Shown: positions 52,240 through 64,000 of the stretch, piece by piece
How the letters are laid out: every line of letters begins with the position of its first letter
How positions within the stretch are numbered: position 1 is the stretch's first letter
NCBI RefSeq assembly: GCF_006345805.1
Contig: NC_043001.1
Span: forward strand, 96,162,001-96,226,000
Direction: 5' to 3'
DNA: 64,000 bases
Source of the DNA: Octopus sinensis
Lineage: Eukaryota
The notes under the pieces: model-generated
The model's input: only the letters and a program-made list of their open reading frames with translations
Database searches by the model: none
Told to the model about the DNA's origin: nothing
Program-made: the position numbers and the translations under genes

Positions 52240-53100
52240 AAAAGTGTGAGTCTTATGTTTATTGACTGTTCCATGTGGGTTGTGTTTTTGAATTGATATT
52301 TTATTGGGTAGGTTGAGGGCTGCTCCTAGAAGGGCTATATTTTGGATAGTGTGTAACAGTGTCGGTCCAGGTATTACTTTTAAGTTTTGTTGATAAGTTT
52401 TTTATCATATCCACTGATCCAATTATTACCGGTATTGTTTTTACTTTCATAACCCATAACCTGAATATTTCAATTTCGAGATTTAGAAAGTAGTTTCCTC
52501 AAATCACAAAAATTTTGATCCGAATTTTTACAGAATATAGGATGGTATTTTTGTAGAGGTAGATAATGCGAGTTTGAGTTCCAACATCCTTCAGTCTCTT
52601 ATCTAACATTTTTGGCGTTGTGCCGAGTGCACCAATTAGCAACAGGAATAATTGTTACTTTAGTCTTTCACAGTCTCTTCAGCTCTCTTGCTAGGTTCTG
52701 CTATACCTCATATTCTTCAATTTCTTTGGTAAGTCTATGATCTTACACGGCTTATTTTGTCCTCTATAATCATATCTGGTCTTCTTGCTTCAACAGTAAA
52801 GTCAATATTTATGGAAAAGCTCCATAAGAACCTGTAATTCTCAGTCTCTATCACAACCTCTGGTACGTGTTCGAAAAACATTCCCATTATTTTAAAACCA
52901 CACACTCAGTTGACATCCCTAAGTACTCTATTGCGTAGGCAGTCCTTTCTTCGTTTATATCCCTTTTGTGCTAACTTACTACATTCACTCAAGAGATGAT
53001 TGATGCTTTCGTTTCCTTTCCAGCAAATTCCACATTTGCTGTTTTTTCTGAGTTTCGTCGATCTTTGCCTATATCTGATGCGTCCTAATGTCTTCTTTCT
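52240..53100 (-). mobile_element. Two adjacent decayed R4/Dong-clade LINE 3' fragments (CCHC zinc finger plus restriction-like endonuclease)
   Basis: CGICWKGNESINHLLSEC..EHVPEVVIETENYRFLW..EARRPDMII..KIID; second copy LEIEIFRLWVMKVKTIPVIIG..IQNIALLG. Confidence 0.8.
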
Positions 53101-55649
53101 GTACGGCTATAAACAGTTCTTCGGTCTCTCGTTTCACGTTTCCGACTGTCAGCTATAAATCATAACATTTCTTTAAGAATTTCTTATGGAGTTTACTTGA
53201 TTCATTCTGTCATGCAATGAACAGGAATTACTTCTCTTGCGACTATTTTTAGGATACAAAATGTCGAAACTCCTTCGAATTATTTATTACATCAGAGGTA
53301 TTAGTTTACATCTATGTTTTTTGTCTATTATGTCTAAATGTAACAATAAGTGGATGAGGAAATATTTCTTTAAAACGAGTATATTTTTTGTGAAATATCT
53401 TTTACAGTCATGTAACACTTTTGAAATGCCAAGAAAATTTCGGTGACAGTTAATAACTAAAGGATTTCAGACAGCATTTCGACTTTCACTGCAATAATTA
53501 GGTGTGAAAGTTTAACATTCCTTAATTTTAGCTTGTCATTTGTGATTTCTTTCAGTCATGATTTACTGTAACTGTATTTGAGGTAATGACACTCAAAATT
53601 ATTTGCACGCTTGCAAAAATCTAGTATATAAAAGCAAACCTGTTCTATTCTCAAAAATTGCGACTGTAGAGTTTGCTTATCTTAAGGCATGGATGATAAG
53701 GACGACAGTAAACATAACCGGGGGATAGCATGGATTAGCAGAATTGTTTGTCACTGTATGACCGTCTGAAAACCTAATTTTTATGTTCAAAAAGTTGATG
53801 CTACTTTTAAACTGGACAAAATTTTCGCCTTGGACATAAAACTCTACCTGTGCAAAGCTGTTACAGAAATGCACAAATTGGACGAGATTACATAGCATTT
53901 CTTCCCAGGCGAAAATAAATACGTCGTCAGTGACACATAACTAGCTATTGGTTTCTGACTGTGCAGTGATTTAATTACTTCTGGTAAATTTTAACTTCGA
54001 TTTTGTCATGAAGATGCTAGCAAAATGATTGCCATAGGGGTACTCATGGCACATACCTTCATTTGGTGGGGTAAGGTTTTGTCTAAACTTCATTCTGATG
54101 CTTTTTGTAATACAAGCCTCAATAATCTACAGAAGAGATTAGAAGGAATGCCTTTGTTTTACTGTTCTGTAAAGGCGTCAGTGCATACTTGAACCCTCTC
54201 ATCTTGGTCAGTGTTGGGTAAAAGAAAGGAACAGCCATGGTTAGGTTACCAAAAGACAGTTTTTTAAAATATACCTGAACTTACAAGGTCTGTTAATTTT
54301 GGAAACAAAATTGAAAGCATCAAATTTTTGGTTACATAAAGTAGAAAGCCATAATGTCATTTTGAAATTTTTTCCCTACAATATCCATACCCATTGAAAA
54401 TTGGGTACTATGGAAGAAATGTACCAACCATTTTAAGTAATTTTGGAAGTTCATAAAATACACGTTCTTGCTCTGGCTGCAAAATTTTAGATTCAATGTT
54501 ATTTATAAATTTTTTCTTCTCTTTTCAAAAATTGTTTCTTCAACTTTTTTTTCGTAATGGAGAATTTGACCGACACGTATCTTTTATCGGACGCTTTTAA
54601 CCTTTAGAGATTCTTTGCCAGCTGAAATGTAGACGTCCATGTCTATAATTACGAAAGCATTAAATTACTTGGCATTTTAACAATAGAATTATTGTTAGCT
54701 AGATGAAGTACATTACACTAGAAATTCGTGAAGTTAGTCCAAGTTCTTTAATACTTCATTTACGTCTTCACCTGATGCTTGCTTGATAACACTCAGGAAA
54801 TTCTAGCAACGCATGTCAAGGTCCTCCCCAAACACTCAGTTGTATTTTCTATGGCACAATTATGTCGTCACCGTCGTCATTTTCAACAAACGGTGGGTTT
54901 TCAGACACACTGTTACTATTTTCTAAATATTCTTTGGGCTTGTGATAGCGAGAAAACTGAAATAATCTTGAGATAATTATCAAAATATTTTAGGTAAAAA
55001 TCCTCATTTTAGAGAAATATTTCTTCATCCGCCTTTTGTTGCTTTTAGACGTAATATCATCTAATGTTATTAGGGGCAACAAAAACAGTTTTTACGCTCT
55101 GCTAGGTCTGATTGTAATCAAAGCCCCATTGGAATTTCAGAAATTTGTATTCCTCAAAACCCTCATGAAAGAGCTTATTATGAGCCAGGTCAACACTATC
55201 ATAAGTTGTTCTAGAAGAAATGCTATAATTAATAAAGATGGTGGAAGGTATGATACAGGATTACAGCATGAAAGATTTGATACATTGCTGGTAAAACATC
55301 AAGATAATTAAACAAAAGGTTTAATGGCCATAGGTATGTCGTCACACTGTGAGACAACTCCGATTTAACTTGGTGAGCATTTAGCTATAAACGCATATAA
55401 TTTTGACGGACATCATTTTAAAATACACATTCTCAGAAAAGATACAGAGTCCACTGAACTTCAAGTTCTCAAAATACATGAAAACCAACATAATTGCAAG
55501 TTAGTAATGTTCCGTTTAGTGTGGACGTACAAAATAACAGGAAAATTTATACAATATATTTTGACTAACAAATGTCTCACACTTTTTTCTTTTTACCAGA
55601 TTAAGCAATAACAAACATGCGAAACTTGTTAATAGGTTTATGTCCTTCG

Positions 55650-56050
55650 AGGCGGTGAGCTGGCAGAAACGTTAGCACGCCGGGCGAAATACGTAGCCGT
55701 ATTTCGTCTGCCGTTACGTTCTGAGTTCCAAATTCCGCCGAGGTCGATTTTGCCTTTCATCCTTAAGTACCAGTTACACACTGGGGTCGATATATGTTTC
55801 TTTATTACCCACAAGGGGCTAAACATACAGGGGGCAAACAAGGACAGACAAACGAATTAAGTACCAGTGCGTAACTGGTACTTAATTTATCGACCCCGAA
55901 AGGATGAAGGGCAAAGTCGACCTTGGCGGAATTTGAACTCAGAACGTAACGGCAGACGAAATACGGGGTCGATATAATCGACTTAATCCGTTTGTCTGTT
56001 GTCCTTGTTTGCCCTCTCTGCGTTTAGCCCCTTGTGGGTAGTAAAGAAAT
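55650..56050 (+). mobile_element. Internally rearranged SINE family A (plus/minus/minus/plus segments) with 19 bp TSD
   Basis: TSD AATAGGTTTATGTC(C/T)TTCG at 55631 and 56048. Confidence 0.82.
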
Positions 56051-56547
56051 AGGTTTATGTCTTTCGTGCATTTCAATTGTGTCTTACATAGAACCCGAGT
56101 AATACGAACCTACTGTTGGAATATTGAAATGAATAAAGCCAATCAGGTTTTAAACTTTACATCTCTTAATCACGTATTTACCTTCGTGAAGAGTTACGTC
56201 AATCTTCATTAGTTAATAAACAACCTGTTTTTACTTTGGGCACAAAGCCTGAAATTTATGCGGAGGAGGACTAGTCGATAACGACGACTTTAGTGCTTGA
56301 TTAGGGCATAATTTATCGAACTTTAAAGGCTGAAAGGCAATGTCAACCTTTGTGTAATTTGAATTCAGAAATTAAAGGCAGAAGAAATGCCTTCTAGCAT
56401 TTTCTCTGGATATGCTAACGATTCTGTCAGCTCGCTCTCTGAAGTTCATAATAATAATGGCTTCAAATCTTCGAACAAGGCCAACAACTTCGGGGAGGAG
56501 TTAAGTCGATTCCATCGACCCCAGTGCTCAACTGGTACTTATATACC

Positions 56548-56578
<31 letters not shown>

Positions 56579-56624
56579 TAATAATAATAATATAATAATA
56601 ATAATGATAATAATAATAATAATG

Positions 56625-56684
<60 letters not shown>

Positions 56685-56917
56685 TGTATACTATGAGTTT
56701 CTTTGCCCTAGGAGTCGGGAAGACACTCGGCAAGAAATGGAAGCAAATTTGAAAGAAGAAAAAAAAAAAATAATAATAATAATAATAATAATAACAATAA
56801 TAATGTATGTGTTGTATTACATGTAGACATTTCGCTACTACCTCTGCAACTTGCCCTCCTCAATCTTTCAGTTATACTGTAGCAATCTTTTCTCCTTTAC
56901 TCGCAGGTTTAAATTGA

Positions 56918-57010
56918 AGAAGGAGGAGGAGGAGAAGAAGAAGAAGAAGAAGAGAAGAAGAAGAAGAAGAAGAAGAGAGAAGAAGAAGAAGAAGAAGAAG
57001 AAGAAGAAGA
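56918..57010. repeat. (GAA)n microsatellite
   Basis: Direct reading. Confidence 0.95.
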
Positions 57011-57012
57011 AT

Positions 57013-57265
57013 GAAGAGGGCAGACGTGATACCAACAGTAATTGGTGAATTTGGAAGTATCAGCACTCAACTACCAACATGGCTGAAAAAGACCAGTTCA
57101 AGTGTGAAATGTAGAACACCTACTAAAATCAGCATTGCTTCGAACGGCAAGAATTTTTCGCATACTTTTTGAAGCATGACCAGTTAACAAGTGAAACCTT
57201 AGTCTCTTGGATACGGACAGCTGACACTTCCCTTCATACCCAGCAAAATAAGCTCTGAGTTTTCG

Positions 57266-57266
<1 letters not shown>
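57013..57266 (+). mobile_element. R4/Dong-clade LINE extreme 3' end running into (TAA)n
   Basis: VIPTVIGEFGSISTQLPTWLKK..VEHLLKSALLRTARIFR, short UTR, then a TAA array. Confidence 0.75.
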
Positions 57267-57307
<41 letters not shown>

Positions 57308-57345
57308 TAATAATAATAATAATAATAATGATAATAATAACAATG

Positions 57346-57403
<58 letters not shown>

Positions 57404-57433
57404 TAATAACAACAACAACAATAATAATAATAA

Positions 57434-57975
57434 ATGCCCTGATGCAGTACAGGGCTTCTGATCTTAACTGATTGGAAGTGTTATCATGTACATTGTTTTG
57501 TCTTGGTATAAAAGATGGGCTACAGCAAATATTCTGCTCAATACCACAGATTTGCTTGTCAGTTGTTTGACCTTAACCAGTTGAGCATGTCCCTTAGTGG
57601 CTGACGATATGTGCATCTCTGATCATGAGCAGAAGTAGTGGGGGAGCATCATAGCCGTGTGTTGAAAGGAATTATCAGAGGTTTGGATAATTCACCTCTG
57701 GAAACATGAGTGGTTCGTACAACATCCATAAACAACCTATATTCTGGGACCTTTTGAGCGGGATGGGATACTCGACAAGAAGAAAATTCTAACTGGGCCC
57801 CACCTGCAAGGTCATGTGCTGTTTAGCTTGATATGAGATCACCATGTCGCGTAAACATGGTTGTTATGCATGTGCCTGGTGTACCCTTATCAGACGGGTA
57901 GTCATGATGAGTATAATGGGTTTCGTATATTTTACCCCAGTGTCACTTTGATGGCATGCACTGCTCTCTCACTCA
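57434..57975 (+). mobile_element. TAA-embedded element, longest copy
   Basis: Matches 26175-26639 with about 75 extra 5' bases; (TAA)n flanks. Confidence 0.8.
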
Positions 57976-58016
57976 ATAATGATGATGATGATGATGATAA
58001 TAATAATAATAATAAT

Positions 58017-58492
58017 GTCTTGGTATAAAAGATGGGCTACAGCAAATATTCTGCTCAATACCACAGATTTGCCCGTCAGTTGTTTGACCTTAACCAGTTG
58101 ACCATGTCCCTTAGTGGCTGACGATATGTGCATCTCTGATCACAAGCAGAAGTAGTGGGGGAGCATCATAGCCATGTGTTGAGAAGAATTATTTGGGGTT
58201 TCAATAATTCACATTTAGAAACATGGGTGTTTTGTTCAGCATCCTTAAACAACCCTTATTCATTGATCTTTTGAGCGAGATGTCTTACTCGACCAGAAGA
58301 AAATTCTAATTGGGCCCCACCTGCAAGGTCATGTGCTGTTAATCTTGATATGAGATCACCATGTCGCGCACATTTGTTTGTGATGCATGTACCTGGTGTA
58401 CCCTTATCAGACGGGTAGTCATGATGGGTATACTGGGCTTCGTATATTTTACCCCAGTGTCACTTTGATGGCATGCACTGTTCTCTCACTCA
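58017..58492 (+). mobile_element. TAA-embedded element
   Basis: Same consensus; followed by (TAC)n(TAA)n. Confidence 0.8.
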
Positions 58493-58493
58493 A

Positions 58494-58650
<157 letters not shown>

Positions 58651-58760
58651 CTACAATCACCAACCTGAGACTGTAACTGAGGGAGAAAATATAACTAATC
58701 TCTGGGACTACCCAGTGCGCACAGATCGGACCATCAAAGCAAATAAACCAGATATTGTTG
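58651..58760 (+). mobile_element. R4/Dong endonuclease-region fragment
   Basis: YNHQPETVTEGENITNLWDYPVRTDRTIKANKPDIV, starting directly after (TAA)n. Confidence 0.75.
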
Positions 58761-58829
58761 GGAGCCAACTTGTACAAATGTACATTTCTTCAAAGACAGG
58801 TAGAATAGATAATTATAGAAATTGACACC

Positions 58830-59290
58830 ATTATAATTCAAAGACTAATATTCGAAGGACATTCACTTTCAGCGTTCTTTTTCTATGAAGGGTTAACATA
58901 TTTACCTGACATGCTAATCAAGACTGAATTCGGAAACAAATGCTATTGTAGACGGGTTATTTTAATTCGTTAATCTATGGATTATTACTTGAAGCACTGC
59001 TACGGAAGATATGTGATTTTGCTGAATAAATGGATGAAATTTGGATTAGAAAAATACGTAAAAGATAGACTTTGAAAGAAAAGTTAATTAAAACAGTAAT
59101 AACATGCGCGATATAGAGAGAGAAAAATAAAAGAATTAGAACAGAGACATAGAGTACTTAGGAATTAATGAACTTAGGAATTAATGAACTAGAGTGAAAG
59201 AAAATGTTAGGAAGAAATAGGTTAATACTTGAAAGAGAGATAAATGCAAAAAGTGGAGAAACATCATGGCGCTTGCAATTCCTGTTATGA
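58830..59290 (+). mobile_element. Very decayed R4/Dong RT fragment
   Basis: IQRLIFEGHSL (GIFQGDSL-like), MKFGLEK, YLGINE, LILEREINAK..LAIPV. Confidence 0.55.
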
Positions 59291-59442
59291 ATATAAACAA
59301 TATAAACAAAACTGAAAACATAATAAAATAAAATACACAGATAAATAAACAAATGGAAGTAAATAACTATATACATTTATTTTTATTATTATTATTATTA
59401 TATTATTATTATTATCATACATACATAAATAATAATAATGGT

Positions 59443-59501
<59 letters not shown>

Positions 59502-59763
59502 TTATGTTGGTGTAAACACATGAACAAAATAAACAAAAACAAAAACAAACAAAAAGAAAACAAAACCAAATTACACGAACGTATATAAACAGGAGATACA
59601 AATATTACAGACGCTTCCCCACACGCACACACTAACTAAACATAGACACACATAGAGGTATACGCATGCGCAAATCAAGACGCATACAATATAAATACAA
59701 AATACAAAATGACTCACCGTTAGTAAGGAGAGACACACAAATAAGAAAGAAGAAAGCAAAGGA

Positions 59764-59806
59764 CCACTGATGATGCGGTCACAGGAGTGTGACGAAAGAA
59801 CTCTGG
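59764..59806 (+). ncRNA. Atypical hammerhead-like motif
   Basis: CCA-CTGATGA-tgcg-GTCAC-aggagt-GTGAC-GAAAG-AA-CTC-TGG; 4-nt insertion after A9. Confidence 0.45.
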
Positions 59807-60098
59807 CCGAAATAAGATTAAAGTAAAAAATAAATAACGCTGAAGCAAAGTAACACCAAATATATAGTGCGTGTGTTTTTCTCACCTAAACTGGCAAAAT
59901 AACCATTCCTAAATACAACAATAAAGTTGCAATAGTTTTAATTAAGCTCCAAACTAGTAACACCACGCAGAATACAAGGAAAATAACGAATACGTACAGA
60001 ATATGGTACACAAAACCAAGCACTTAAAATATTATTTTTATTATGAATATAGAAAATAGGTTCCTTATGTTACTGAAAGGCTGTTGTAAAATATCCAT

Positions 60099-61406
60099 TA
60101 ACGTGGTGGTATCAAAGAGCTCCCGGACTAGTTATGTTTTTATTCTTTTATTTGTTTCTGTCATTTAACTGCGGTCATGCTGGAGCACCGCCTTTAGTCG
60201 AGCAAACCGACCCCAGGACTTATTCATTGTAAGCCTAGTACTTATTCTATCGGTCTCTCATGCCCGAACCGCTAAATGACGGCGACGTAAACACACCAGC
60301 ATCGGTTGTCAAGCGATGTTAAGGGGAAAAACACAGACACACAAACATATACATGCATATATACGACGGGCTTCTTTCAGTTTCCGACTACCAAATCCAC
60401 TCGCAAGGCTGTGGTTGGCCCGAGGCTAGAGTAGAAGATGCTCAAGGTGCCATGCTGTGGGACTGAACCTAGAACCATATGGTTGGTAAGCAAGCTACTT
60501 ACCACACAGCCACTCCTGCGCCTATGTTTAATGAAAAAATAACTTATTTGCCTAACTTTTAACATTATCTCCTTTGAAATAATCATTTTGCTCAACAATA
60601 CACCGCTCCCAGCGTTCTTGCCACTTTTGGGATCCGGCCTGGGAGTCGTTTGTCGTTTGCCCCAAGCGAGTCGAGGACCTTCTACGACTCACTCCCGATC
60701 TCGACAACGGTGTTAAGACAGGGACTTTTGAGCTGCATGTTTCATCTTGGGGGAAGATATGGAAGCTTGCAGTGCTAAATCTGGCAAACAGGATGGGTGC
60801 AGAAGCGATGCCATGTTGTATTTGAAGAGATACTGATGATGGAGGAGAACTCGGTGACAGGGTGCATTGACGCCGTGAAGAATCCAGACGTTAGGATTTC
60901 TTGCATCGGCTCATATGACAGACCAACCACATCAGCAATGTCGTTGATTGCCTTTCGATGTTCCTTATGCACAATCTGGTGAATTTTCTCCGTATTTCCG
61001 GGGTTGACGCTTGTTACAGGCCTTCCGGATGACTCGCCGATTTCTAGAGACGTTCTTACGCCTTTGAAGCACCCGTGCCACTTGAATCATTGCGTAGGAC
61101 CCACTACCTCATCACTATAAGCTTGCCCAAATATGCTCAATGTCTCTGTAGTAGACATCCTAAGTTTAACGCAGAATTTCGCGTTGGCTTTTTGTTCCGT
61201 GACAAAAATTTCAGACTACAGGATACACATGATCACAAAAATACAAATTTCACAATTTGTGAAGTAGGCTAACGGCACATTGCCACTGGGCACATTGCCA
61301 AATAAAGGTCACTGCTAGGTCTCATTGTGCATGCAACTGTGTGCTGCCATCTGTTGGCGAGCTACAGAAACAGTCCAAGAACTTTTTGTCGCTAGATAGT
61401 TTCGTA
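60099..61406 (-). mobile_element. Internally deleted mariner, interrupted by SINE B
   Basis: EQKANAKFCVKL..TETLSIFGQAY..GRPVTS..IADVVGLSY; HPVCQI* (HPPYSPDL equivalent); KWQERWERCI..DYFKGD; diverged TIR-like ends at 60099 and 61381. Confidence 0.75.
60140..60524 (-). mobile_element. SINE family B
   Basis: Full-length consensus match. Confidence 0.85.
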
Positions 61407-62209
61407 GAAGTACGAAACTATCTAGTTAAATATTATGGAAATTTAATACAAACAGATGCAAAATGCGAGAAAATATAATTTACTGTCTTCAAGGAACCAA
61501 GAGAAAACCAAAAATATGAGATGAAGATCACTGGCTGATTTAATTGAAAAGGAGAGACAAGTAAGAAAAATGTTAAACCGCTAAAACTTCAGTGCTAATT
61601 TTGAGCTACAGTTAAAGTAATGGTAAGAAGACTCGTTACATAACTGAACAATTCTAAAGCGATTCCTCTGGCGCAGAATGTATAAAATGGTCTAACAATT
61701 ATCCCCGCCAAAAGGAATATTTGTAAAGCGGTACTGTGAGTGCATTAAAACATAATTCAATGTCTTTACCACAAAGAAAAAAAATTGATCATTCAATGAT
61801 GTGATTGACTTACGAGGAAAATATTAAAAATATATTGACTACCGTGTAAATTGTGGCTTTTTCACTTTCATTCTCAGAAAAGCTGTCTTATGTTAGCGAT
61901 GGGGGAACTTGTATGCTTTAGTATATACAAAATGTACGGTGATGGTTGAAGAAGTGTAGGAAGAAGATGGGGACAACAACAATGATGTTGTTGCTGATGA
62001 TGATGATGATGATGATGATATTGATGGTGGTGATGATGATGAGGAAGGAAAAGCAAAAACACGAAATATACTCATAATAGGTTATTTCCGAACACACAAA
62101 AACACACTCATATGTATGTATATATATTTGGATTACACACACACACACACACATTCGTGTACATACATGCATTTATATGTATGCATGTGTGTGTTTGTGT
62201 AACTAAAAG

Positions 62210-62843
62210 TATAGCAGCAGCAGCTGTAGTAGTAGTAGTAGTGGTGGTGGTGGTGGTGGTAGTAGTAGTGGTGGCGGTGGGGGTAGTGGTGGTGGTAGTA
62301 GTAGTAGTAGTGGTGGTGGTGGTAGTGGTGGTAGTAGTAGTTTTAGTAGTAGTAGTAGTAGTAGTAGAGGTGGTGGTGTTGGTGGTGGTGGTAGTAGTAG
62401 TAGTAGTAGTGGTGGTGGTGTGGTGGTGGTGGTGGTGGTGGTGGTGGTGGTGGTGGTAATAGTAGTGGTAGTAGTAGTGGTGGTGGTAGTAGAAGTGGTG
62501 TTGGTGTTGGTGGTGGTGGTGGTGGTTGGTGGTGGTGGTAGTAGTAGTGGTGTCGGTGGGGGTAGTGGTGGTGGTAGTAGTAGTAGTAGTGGTGGTGGTG
62601 GTAGTGGTGGTAGTAGTAGTTTTAGTAGTAGTAGTAGTAGTAGTAGAGGTGGTGGTGTTGGTGGTGGTGGTAGTAGTAGTGGTGGTGGTGGTGGTGGTGG
62701 TGGTGGTGGTGGTAGTAGTAGTGGTAGTAGTAGTGGTGGTGGTAGTAGAAGTGGTGTTGGTGGTGGTGGTGGTGGTGGTGGTGGTGGTAGTAGTAGTGGT
62801 GGTAGTGGTGGTGGTAGTAGTAGTGGTGTTGGTGGTGGTAGTG

Positions 62844-62919
<76 letters not shown>

Positions 62920-62920
62920 T
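62210..62920. repeat. (GTA/GTG)n compound tract with a 279 bp higher-order duplication
   Basis: Diagnostic variants CGGTGGGGG (62275/62554) and TTTT (62341/62620) recur at a 279 bp offset. Confidence 0.9.
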
Positions 62921-63093
62921 GCAGCAGCAGCTAAAGCAAGGAAAGTAGGTGGAACTGTAAAATAGTGAACAGATCGAGAAGAGAGAAAAATAAAGACAGA
63001 GAAAGAAAGAATGAAAGCCGAAAGAGAGCAAAAGAGAAAAACAAAAACAAAAACAAAAAAAAAACTGCGAGATATTTTTAGTCGAAGCGGGAA

Positions 63094-63137
<44 letters not shown>

Positions 63138-64000
63138 ATATTAGGATTTTGGAAAAGTTTGAAGAAACTTTAAATACGAAGATAAACGAAATCAGAACCA
63201 ATCAAAGAAGAACTCTGCGCAACCATTCTACGAAACTATCCACGGTAATAATAACAACAACAACAACTACTGTTATTGCTGCAACAACAACAACAGAAGC
63301 AGAAGAAATGGAAGCAAAAATAACGACTTCAATAATATACAATACTGGAAGTGCTCTAAAATTCAGGCTAACGGCCAAACCCGAAATTGGACAGACGTCT
63401 GAAGGTGTGCGGGTTTGTGACTCTGTGTCTCTCTAAGTGTTTTCATGTGTTTGTCTAAGCGTTTATCTGTATATGTGTCCGAGTAGATGTAAGTGCCCTA
63501 GTGTGTGGATTTGTGTAAATGTATGTGTGTGTGTGTGTGGCAATGTGTGTGTGTGTGTGTGTATGTGTGTGTGAAAAAATAAACGTGTCACTATGTTTGA
63601 GTATGTGCCTAGTATCAGCGTGTGTACTTATATATCAGTGTGTCTGGCAATGCGTGTAGGTATGCGGTTTTTGTTGCTTTTTTTTTTTCTGTGAATAGGA
63701 GAAAGAAGGATGCTTTCATTGCAGACAGAGAGAACAATAACAACAAAATCACCAAACTCAGCAACAACAACAACAAAAGCAACTAAAATACCAATAACTA
63801 AAACTAACATCAACAACAACAAAAAAATGAATCAAATATACAGCAAAAAAAAATTTCATTATTACTAAACATTAATGTTAAGAACGGTTTTGACTTGCTA
63901 ATAAGCTAACCGACAAATAAAAATCTATTTTTGAGAAGTCCCACAACAAGAATAGATGAATAGAAAGAAAATTTAAAAAGTAAGTTTGAAAAAATTAAAT

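Noticed and set aside
54596-55325. piggyBac-like element (TTAACCTTT .. AAAGGTTTAA) or GIY-YIG-like ORF 55036-55311
   Set aside because: The terminal match is too short and the peptides are not diagnostic
62108-63096. ORFs of 297-307 aa rich in Thr/Pro/Gly/Val
   Set aside because: Open in several frames on both strands because of the triplet repeat; no domain or splice support

Overview
AT-rich, microsatellite-saturated eukaryotic (animal) DNA. The SINE families and (TA)n/(AAT)n density resemble an octopus or other coleoid cephalopod; this is inference from recalled repeats, not a search result. I found no intact protein-coding gene, rRNA, true tRNA gene or CRISPR array. Almost all long ORFs in the track are microsatellite artefacts. 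The window is mostly decayed mobile DNA: at least four tRNA-derived SINE types, L1/Tx1, CR1, R4/Dong and probable RTE LINE fragments, Penelope-like elements (PLEs), Tc1/mariner remnants, a non-autonomous Helitron and MITEs. Five things stand out. (1) About ten hammerhead-ribozyme (HHR) motifs from several unrelated families, two with fully canonical cores. (2) A small non-coding element joining a tRNA-like Pol III head to an HHR tail, present in head-to-head inverted form as in PLE insertions. (3) A SINE whose 3' end matches a Tx1 LINE in the same window and which inserts at AG(G/T)T sites, including inside its own family. (4) R4/Dong pieces and a non-coding element nested in (TAA)n arrays. 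(5) A speculative phase-compatible chain of small exons at 41.5-49.3 kb. All alignments, folds and coordinates were done by eye and may be off by a few bases.
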